A stretch of DNA of 31,429 bases from a virus. Lineage: Duplodnaviria; Caudoviricetes. This document shows positions 24,997 through 31,429 of this stretch, one piece after another (positions within the stretch are counted from its first letter, which is position 1; each line of letters opens with the position of its first letter). The DNA is taken from positions 1 to 31,429 of IMG/VR virus record IMGVR_UViG_3300032194_000027, one strand, 5' to 3'. The position numbers and the translations under genes were made by a program. The notes under the pieces are model-generated. The model was not told the DNA's origin, made no database searches, and saw nothing but the letters and a program-made list of their open reading frames with translations.

Positions 24997-26343
24997 ATGG
25001 CAAATAGAAGATCTAGACAACACGAATTAAAAAAGATTGAGATCGAGCTTGTCGGTGGTGAGAAGTACGATATCAGGGACATTGTGCTGGACTTCGTGTA
25101 TTACGAGTCCATTGAATCTCCATTTATCAGATGTGATTTTACCATCGCTGACTCTGTTGACTTCAACAAAACGTTGATGGGTGGTGAGATAATCCATGTC
25201 AAGTTGGAGTGTAACTCCTCAAAGGGTGATGACATGGATATCAAATTCCGTGTGTATAAGATTGGTAGCATCATCAAGTCTGAGCGTGGTCAGATGTATA
25301 TCCTCCACACTGCAACCCCTGAGATCTACAGCAATGAGATGAAGAAAGTCTTCAAATCATTTGGTCCTATGGATAAGGCACAGAGTAAGGACCATATTCC
25401 TAAGCATCTTCTCAAGAAATACTGGGAGACTGATAGGGTAAAGAATAAGTATATGGAGCCTCATAGCACCATTAACTTCATCTCGCCCAATTGGAAGGTT
25501 ACAGACGCAATTAGCCATATCTGTGACAAAGTTGTCAGAAAGAAAGGTAGCAAATCAAGTCTGAAGCAGAGTGGTTTTCTTTTCTTTGAAAACAAGAAAG
25601 GATTCTGTTTCCAGTCTATTGATGGTATGTGTGAGGGGCAGATAGATGGTGCAGAGAATTTTGTCTACACCTTACAGCAACAGGGTGCAGATCCACCAGA
25701 TGATGGTATGTATGCCATTGAATCTGTCCAATACCCTGATAAGGCAGATCACCTCAGAAACATGCGTCTAGGGACCTACAAGGCGCTCTCAATCGGTATC
25801 TCCTTACCTATTACTACTGACTCAGCAGTTACAGACTCTGGCAATAGTAATAAGAGAGGCACTATTTCTCCACCGAGAGAAGTGAATTATATGCAGGTGT
25901 TTGCTATGGCATCTACGATTGAGAAACAACCACCATATGTTTTGCCAGAGGACATTGATATCGAGAAGTCTGCCCCCACAAGACTGCATATCAGAAACTT
26001 GCCTGACATGAAGAATCAGCAGAGTGCTAATCATAAAGCAGGTGTTGAAGGTAACAAAGATACATTATCTGTTGGCATGTATGCCTCATCTCGCTATAGT
26101 TTGCTTAAGTCTGTCCAACTGACAATCGTCATTCCTGGCAATCCTGCACTCACTGTAGGTCAAATCCTCAAAGTTGTTATTCCCGCATCAGCACAATCGT
26201 CTGGTGAGAATGCAAACGTTAAAGAGGATAAGAAATACAGTGGTAAGTATTTGATTGCTGGTCTCACTCACACTTACAAGCGTGAGGGATTGACGACAGA
26301 ATTAACGTTAACACGAGATTCAGTCAAGAAGCAGTCTTACTAA
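24997..26343 (+). CDS. Baseplate hub-like tail protein (gp27/late control D-like)
   Basis: YYESIESPF, FLFFE, IPGNPALTVG, YSGKYLIAGLTH and LTRDS motifs; position before gp5. Confidence 0.7.
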   Translation: MANRRSRQHELKKIEIELVGGEKYDIRDIVLDFVYYESIESPFIRCDFTIADSVDFNKTLMGGEIIHVKLECNSSKGDDMDIKFRVYKIGSIIKSERGQMYILHTATPEIYSNEMKKVFKSFGPMDKAQSKDHIPKHLLKKYWETDRVKNKYMEPHSTINFISPNWKVTDAISHICDKVVRKKGSKSSLKQSGFLFFENKKGFCFQSIDGMCEGQIDGAENFVYTLQQQGADPPDDGMYAIESVQYPDKADHLRNMRLGTYKALSIGISLPITTDSAVTDSGNSNKRGTISPPREVNYMQVFAMASTIEKQPPYVLPEDIDIEKSAPTRLHIRNLPDMKNQQSANHKAGVEGNKDTLSVGMYASSRYSLLKSVQLTIVIPGNPALTVGQILKVVIPASAQSSGENANVKEDKKYSGKYLIAGLTHTYKREGLTTELTLTRDSVKKQSY

Positions 26344-26346
26344 ATA
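26339..26346 (+). promoter_or_regulatory. Late promoter variant upstream of cp12
   Basis: ACTAAATA overlapping the TAA stop. Confidence 0.55.
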
Positions 26347-26373
26347 ACTGTACACACTTAGTCCATCGCTATT

Positions 26374-26589
26374 ATGGAAAAGTCAATCGAAGATCATATC
26401 GCAAAGGATAAGGATATCCTAAACAATCCTACAACATCGCCTCAGCAACGTCGGCACATCGAATCAGAATTGCACGACTTAGAAGAATACCACAAAAACA
26501 ACCCAAGTGATCATCACGATCCTACACCATTTGAGATGTATTGTGACTCTAATCCTGAAGCAGATGAGTGTCGAGTCTACGACGTTTGA
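26374..26589 (+). CDS. cp12: Phage CP12 Calvin-cycle inhibitor
   Basis: C-terminal FEMYCDSNPEADECRVYD CP12 motif; N-terminal Cys pair absent. Confidence 0.93.
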   Translation: MEKSIEDHIAKDKDILNNPTTSPQQRRHIESELHDLEEYHKNNPSDHHDPTPFEMYCDSNPEADECRVYDV

Positions 26590-26614
26590 CAAGACCTAGA
26601 TAATTTATTATAAT
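26586..26614 (+). promoter_or_regulatory. Consensus sigma70 promoter for cpeT
   Basis: TTGACA (containing the cp12 stop), 17-nt spacer, TATAAT. Confidence 0.85.
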
Positions 26615-26633
26615 CAACCATGTAAGGGTTGCA

Positions 26634-27092
26634 ATGAATAGCTTTGAAGAACTAATACTGGGTCACTACAGGAATCAACTACAAGCAATGTCGAATCCTG
26701 CTAAGTGGCCTCAGATTGATTTGAGATTCACAAGAGTTGGAGAGAAGAGACTCCAATCAAAATCTTGGTATAAGTATAGAAGTGAGGCGAATGCATATAA
26801 GCATTCAGAGCACACTTGGGAATACACATCAGACACTACCGTAGTATTCATCACTAAGGATCTTCTCTTTGATAGAGATGTCTGTCCTTATATTTGGACT
26901 TGGGATGGTGAATGGTGGAATGGCACTACACATGGAGATTGTATCCATGACAATGTGCAGGTATTTTCCAAGGCACGATTCAATGGTGAAGAGTATCGTG
27001 CGATTGATACAGGTGTCGATATCGAAACAGGAGACTTCAAATGGGGAAAGGACTTCTCCGAGGGAGAATTTATGTTTAAGAGAATCGGATAA
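26634..27092 (+). CDS. cpeT: CpeT/CpcT-like phycobiliprotein lyase
   Basis: GHYRNQLQAMSNPAKWPQI, KSWYKY, DTGVD...KWG and FMFKR motifs. Confidence 0.88.
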   Translation: MNSFEELILGHYRNQLQAMSNPAKWPQIDLRFTRVGEKRLQSKSWYKYRSEANAYKHSEHTWEYTSDTTVVFITKDLLFDRDVCPYIWTWDGEWWNGTTHGDCIHDNVQVFSKARFNGEEYRAIDTGVDIETGDFKWGKDFSEGEFMFKRIG

Positions 27093-27095
27093 ATA
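27088..27095 (+). promoter_or_regulatory. Late promoter for gp5
   Basis: GATAAATA overlapping the cpeT stop, 22 nt before the ATG. Confidence 0.7.
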
Positions 27096-27117
27096 ATCAC
27101 ACGAAAAGTTACACACA

Positions 27118-29817
27118 ATGAGAGAACGCACCGATGTCCTAGGAAGAGATGGATATACTTGGTGGGTGGGTGAAGTTGAAGACAACAACGACCCATCTAA
27201 ACTAGGTAGAGTCCGTGTCAGAATCCTAGGATGGTATACAGGACACAAGTCAAAGGAAGACTATATCAAGGAAGTCCCTACTGAGGTGCTGCCTTGGGCA
27301 AATGTCTTGCTTCCTACTGATAAACCACAGACTAAAAACACTGGCACCATGTCAGAGTTGCAGTGTGGATCATGGGTGCTGGGTTTCTTCCTAGATGGAG
27401 ATGAAGCACAGTTACCGATCGTCCTTGGTGCATTCCGTGGTTTCCAAGTAGAGGGTGCTGACAAGCGGACTACTGTTGCAGATCCTAAGATTGCTGAGAA
27501 GGATGCTCCTGCTAATGCTAAACAGCAAGAGACTCCCCTTGGCACTACTGCATTGGATGGTGCTTCTTTTGCTAAGACACAGCAATCATCACCTAGCAGT
27601 CCTGTAGGTGGTCAAGATAATGCCCGTGGCGCTATCTCTGCACTGGAAGAAACACTTCCTGGTAACGCTGTAACTAACCCAATCAAACCTCCTGTTGAGA
27701 AGCAGGGTATTGGTGATGGTGTTGCTGCATCTGCTGGTGAAGGTTTCGAGACTGACATCAGAAGAATGCTCACAGAGATGGGCAACATGGCAGCATCGAT
27801 TGGATCAGCAGGGGATAAGTTTGTATCACTGGTCAATGGTGCAAGACTGGCAGGTGATAAGGTCCTGGAGCACCTGGGTAAGATCGCTAACTACCTGTCT
27901 GGTGCTATTGCTGGTGTGCTGGCACCACTGAAAGAGATCCTGGCACAGGCAATCGCTACGGTGATTAACGCACTGGTGAAGATCATCTCCAGTTTCATTC
28001 CCATGGGTGTGATTACTGCAATCCTGGGATTCCTTGAGCAGATCTTTGCTATCTTCTGTGCTCCTGTCCCTGCATGGTTAGGATTAGTCCAAGCAGCACT
28101 AGCGGACACAGCAAACTTTGCAAACCAAATTGCAACACTAGCGGTAGATAAGATCACCAGTGTGATCCAATCTGCAATCGGTGAAGCAGTTGAAGGTATC
28201 ACCAACCGTATTCTGGAGGGTATCCAGTCTGCGATGAATCGTATGTCAGGTATCACTGGCGACATCATCTCTGCTGTGAATACTGCTCGTGCAATGGGTC
28301 AGGCAGCATCACGACTGGGTGAAACTGTCTCCATGATCATGGAATTTGACTTCACTAATCTTGACTGGGGATCACTGATCGCATTTATCCTGGCAATCCT
28401 GGGTCTCTTCTTCAAGAAAGATTGTGGGAGGAAGATTAAACGACCGAAAGCGAAAGCGTGGTTCCCGTTGATAGGCACCACGACATGTACAAACATTGAT
28501 GAGGCTGTCCAAGGCACTAACTATGCTTCTCTGCTGAAGTCTGGTAACCCTAAGGATGGCAGCGGTCTGGGTGGCAGTTACATCGATCAGATGTTTACTG
28601 ACATCAATCCCTACATGATGGAGGTGCAAACCTTCCTGAATGGTGCTAAAAAGATCTTTGACGCAACACCTGGCAAGGAAAAGGCAATCGAGTCTGGTCC
28701 TGGTGGTCAAACCAACTTCCAAGATAGTTTTGGTAACCAACACCAGAATGTCCCCAATAACTCTACCAAGATCATTGGTAGAGATAAGTGTGAAACTATC
28801 AAGGGTAACTATGTGCTGACAGTAGAAGGTGACTTCTATCTGAAGGTCATGGGTAACTACCACGAGGAGATCGTGGGTGCTAAGAATGAAAACAAATCCA
28901 ACGGTCCTCAGTCTGAGTCTGAGGGATCATCTTCTGCACCTGATATCTCTAAGGCACAACAGTCTGAGTCTGTAGCATCTGGATCTACAGGATCTAATGT
29001 GCAGGCAGCAAACCCTGATCCTGACTTTGGTGATACAAATAATACCGCTTCTAAGTATGATCTTGCTTCCTTCCCTGTTAAGCAGAAAGAGCGTAGAGCA
29101 CAATACTTTAAGAAGATTCAAGGTGGTGGATTCTATCCAGTAGATAAGATCCCTTATCACCCTGATGCTGACGAGATGGGTCGCACACCTTGGGGTCCTC
29201 AACTCTCTACTGAGTTGAAAGATGATAAGGAGCAGAAGTCTGGTCAACGTTTGGAAGGTGACCACAACATTTCTTACACTGGTGATGTTACTATTCAGGG
29301 TAACAAGGTGAAGATCACTGGTATTGAATCAGTGAATATCAACTCACAGGTGGTCAAGACTGAAGCAAACTCCATTGAGATGGTTGCTGACGGTGAGATC
29401 TTCCAAGAAGCAAACTGGATTACATCTTTCCTGAATGCAGGAAGACTGGAGATGATTGCACTCTTCAATCCATTTGCTGCACTGACTGGTAGTTTCCGTG
29501 TGGTCAAGGGCACCATCCTTGAGTTGGCAACTGACGTGCCATTCCCTGCTGTGGCACCTCCTATGATCGTGAGGACAACCGTAGCAGTGTCACAACCAGG
29601 ATCGATCCATGATATCTGTATCGGATCCACCAGTGGCATCATTAACTCCTTTATTGCATGTCCTACTGGTGTGATCACAGAATTCACACCTTCTGGATCT
29701 ATTGTCAACCAAGTGGTGTCAGGCATGGCGTCCTACTCTGTGGGTGCTGGTTTCATGGCAACTGGTTGTGCTTTCGGTCCTCACCAAGTCTACGGCTTGC
29801 CATTGCTGCTGAATTGA
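27118..29817 (+). CDS. gp5: Baseplate central spike gp5-like protein, no lysozyme domain recognised
   Basis: N-terminal OB fold WWVGEVED..DPSKLGRVRVRI...LPWA...GSWVLGFFLDG...PIVLG; 8-residue beta-helix repeats IKGNYVLTVEGDFYLKVMGNYHEEIVG. Confidence 0.88.
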   Translation: MRERTDVLGRDGYTWWVGEVEDNNDPSKLGRVRVRILGWYTGHKSKEDYIKEVPTEVLPWANVLLPTDKPQTKNTGTMSELQCGSWVLGFFLDGDEAQLPIVLGAFRGFQVEGADKRTTVADPKIAEKDAPANAKQQETPLGTTALDGASFAKTQQSSPSSPVGGQDNARGAISALEETLPGNAVTNPIKPPVEKQGIGDGVAASAGEGFETDIRRMLTEMGNMAASIGSAGDKFVSLVNGARLAGDKVLEHLGKIANYLSGAIAGVLAPLKEILAQAIATVINALVKIISSFIPMGVITAILGFLEQIFAIFCAPVPAWLGLVQAALADTANFANQIATLAVDKITSVIQSAIGEAVEGITNRILEGIQSAMNRMSGITGDIISAVNTARAMGQAASRLGETVSMIMEFDFTNLDWGSLIAFILAILGLFFKKDCGRKIKRPKAKAWFPLIGTTTCTNIDEAVQGTNYASLLKSGNPKDGSGLGGSYIDQMFTDINPYMMEVQTFLNGAKKIFDATPGKEKAIESGPGGQTNFQDSFGNQHQNVPNNSTKIIGRDKCETIKGNYVLTVEGDFYLKVMGNYHEEIVGAKNENKSNGPQSESEGSSSAPDISKAQQSESVASGSTGSNVQAANPDPDFGDTNNTASKYDLASFPVKQKERRAQYFKKIQGGGFYPVDKIPYHPDADEMGRTPWGPQLSTELKDDKEQKSGQRLEGDHNISYTGDVTIQGNKVKITGIESVNINSQVVKTEANSIEMVADGEIFQEANWITSFLNAGRLEMIALFNPFAALTGSFRVVKGTILELATDVPFPAVAPPMIVRTTVAVSQPGSIHDICIGSTSGIINSFIACPTGVITEFTPSGSIVNQVVSGMASYSVGAGFMATGCAFGPHQVYGLPLLLN

Positions 29818-29825
29818 GGTATGAT
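29797..29825 (+). promoter_or_regulatory. Sigma70-type promoter
   Basis: TTGCCA, 17-nt spacer, TATGAT. Confidence 0.65.
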
Positions 29826-29848
29826 ATGGAGGTCCTCGTTATGACCTC

Positions 29849-30034
29849 ATGTCTGATACCTATCTTGAGCACATCTGGGTTGACATCTCCCGCCGCACCG
29901 TGAAAATCATGGATAGCGAAGGTGTTGACGAGGTGGTGCAGTGGAAGTTTGATGAAGAAGGATCTGAGGGTTTCTCTGAGACTCTGACGACCTTCAATGA
30001 AAACGTCCCCTCTGAATTGATTACCTATGTCTAG
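29849..30034 (+). CDS. Hypothetical protein
   Basis: 61-aa acidic ORF downstream of the promoter. Confidence 0.75.
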   Translation: MSDTYLEHIWVDISRRTVKIMDSEGVDEVVQWKFDEEGSEGFSETLTTFNENVPSELITYV

Positions 30035-30278
30035 TATCATCACCCTCACTGTCCAAGAGGCACAAGACAACTTTGATTTTGTCTTCTCTCTTGTAGAGCG
30101 AGGACATACAATCAAACTCATTAGCGAGTCTGGTCACATTGTGTTAATGACACCAATTGCAACACCAAATCAGGGTTCCAAGATAAATATTCCAGATCCT
30201 GAAGAATTTGTGCCAGATCCCGCATTTGTCGCAGGTTATGTGTCAGAATCTCTGAATGAAATGACGCAAGACTTCTAA
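30027..30278 (+). CDS. Hypothetical protein with Phd/YefM-like N-terminus
   Basis: ITLTVQEAQDNFDFVFSLVERGHTIKLISESGHIVLMTP resembles the Phd/YefM pattern by eye. Confidence 0.6.
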   Translation: MSSIITLTVQEAQDNFDFVFSLVERGHTIKLISESGHIVLMTPIATPNQGSKINIPDPEEFVPDPAFVAGYVSESLNEMTQDF

Positions 30279-30562
30279 TGAAGAAAATCCGCATCACTCA
30301 CAGTTACTGTTACCTGGATGTAAGAGAAGGGGAAGACATGATTGTTGACATGTGGTTTATTATGGGAATGCCTTTCACCTTTGAAGAGTTACCTGAGGCA
30401 GTCCAAGATTTAGAAGAAGTCAGACTTGACGCAGATACAGGAAGACGTTATACTATGGAAGAGTTATACAAGGTAAGTGACTACCTCATCGCTGAGGAAT
30501 GCCATCCTGTCTTGTTTGACTTGTCCTGGTTGGTCGAAAACTATGCTGAAATTCCAGACTAA
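30278..30562 (+). CDS. Hypothetical protein
   Basis: 94-aa ORF with TAATG overlaps at both ends; GATAAATA at 30182-30189 upstream. Confidence 0.8.
   Translation: MKKIRITHSYCYLDVREGEDMIVDMWFIMGMPFTFEELPEAVQDLEEVRLDADTGRRYTMEELYKVSDYLIAEECHPVLFDLSWLVENYAEIPD
30426..30454 (+). promoter_or_regulatory. Possible sigma70-type promoter for the oxygenase-like gene
   Basis: TTGACG, 17-nt spacer, TATACT. Confidence 0.5.
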
Positions 30563-31176
30563 TGTTTGAATTAGGTGAGTGGGAGTTATCTTTCTATGAA
30601 ATAGAAGGTAGCAAGATCTATATCATTGATAACTTTTATCATGACCCAGACACAGTTTACGATTACTGCACAAAACCTCTACCCGATCCATGGAAACATA
30701 ACCCTCACCTAGGGTATAACATGGACAAGTATGAGGACCGTAGGTTAATCGAAGACCATGACGGACTAAAAGACAATTATTACAAACTGTCAGAGGTGTG
30801 TGGACAACCACCTGAAGATGACTTAAAGTTTGTGACCAACGTAACCAAGTTTATCGATCGGGCATATAACGATTTTGATAACAAATACTGGTGGCCACAC
30901 CGAGACTTAGGTTACAATGCTATTGTCTATTTCGATGATTGCTCAGGGACAAACTTGTATAAGCAAGACACCCCCAACCCATTCCTCCCCGAATGGGTCT
31001 GTCCTTGGGTTTTCAAGCGAGATTGGGAAGTTATACATACTACTGAAGCAAAGCATAATAGATGTGTTTTGTTTGATGGTAAGAAATTCCCACACTCGAT
31101 GTCTATAACAGACGATCGCATGTTTGACAATTACCGAGTCAATCAGGTATACTTTTTCTATGAGCAACCATCTTGA
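30562..31176 (+). CDS. 2OG-Fe(II) oxygenase-like protein (DUF6445-like)
   Basis: IIDNFYHDPD, PHRD (HxD), GTNLY, NRCVLFDG...PHS (distal His) and RVNQVYF. Confidence 0.8.
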   Translation: MFELGEWELSFYEIEGSKIYIIDNFYHDPDTVYDYCTKPLPDPWKHNPHLGYNMDKYEDRRLIEDHDGLKDNYYKLSEVCGQPPEDDLKFVTNVTKFIDRAYNDFDNKYWWPHRDLGYNAIVYFDDCSGTNLYKQDTPNPFLPEWVCPWVFKRDWEVIHTTEAKHNRCVLFDGKKFPHSMSITDDRMFDNYRVNQVYFFYEQPS

Positions 31177-31378
31177 TGGGTATAAGTTTGGCGGTCGTCC
31201 TGCTACTAGCATCAATCTCTTGCTTCTGCTTGGTGAAATGGAAGGTGTCTACCAGCATCTCAAATATATGGGATTCAAGGAAGACATGGACGCCATTGAC
31301 ACAATGAAGAAAAGATACTATAGTCTTTACTTCAAGACCAGTAAGGAAGAGAAACGCCAAACTAGCTCAGCTGGATAG
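31160..31378 (+). CDS. Hypothetical protein whose 3' end overlaps tRNA-Thr
   Basis: MSNHLDGYKFGG...LLLLGEMEGVYQHLKYMGF; ATG 31160 overlaps the upstream gene. Confidence 0.7.
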   Translation: MSNHLDGYKFGGRPATSINLLLLLGEMEGVYQHLKYMGFKEDMDAIDTMKKRYYSLYFKTSKEEKRQTSSAG

Positions 31379-31429
31379 AGCAACGGTTTTGTAAACCGTA
31401 GGTCAACGGTTCAAGTCCGTTGTTTGGCT
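31356..31429 (+). tRNA. tRNA-Thr(TGT)
   Basis: Acceptor GCCAAAC/GTTTGGC, D arm GCTC..GAGC, anticodon arm ACGGT-TT TGT AA-ACCGT, T-loop GGTTCAAGTCC; window ends at the discriminator. Confidence 0.96.

Overview
This is a 31.4-kb segment of a T4-like marine cyanophage (cyanomyovirus), densely coding and mostly on the + strand. It opens with the 3' part of psbD, then a 1120-aa putative virion protein, tRNA-Ser, talC, a small outer-membrane-like protein and glutaredoxin. A replication/late-transcription block follows (rnh, thyX, phoH, exonuclease, gp33, gp32), with no gp59 in its usual place. Next are a reverse-strand gp53-gp48 pair and a tail/baseplate module: gp4, gp2-like, gp54-like, gp26, gp51, two paralogous tape-measure-like proteins, a hub protein and gp5. 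cp12 and cpeT are inserted into that module, and the window ends with small ORFs, a 2OG-Fe(II) oxygenase-like gene and tRNA-Thr. The strongest non-obvious signal is a canonical -1 slippery heptamer (T TTT TTC) at the end of gp26 that would fuse it in frame to gp51, in the same gene context as the lambda G/GT tail-chaperone frameshift. Other candidates are structured 5' leaders (OMP-like gene, gp32), a doubly coupled 24-aa microprotein, divergent genes sharing one CATG, a tape-measure-like protein with both muramidase and C39-like peptidase domains, and an orphan Phd/YefM-like ORF. All family calls are from motif recognition by eye; no searches were run.
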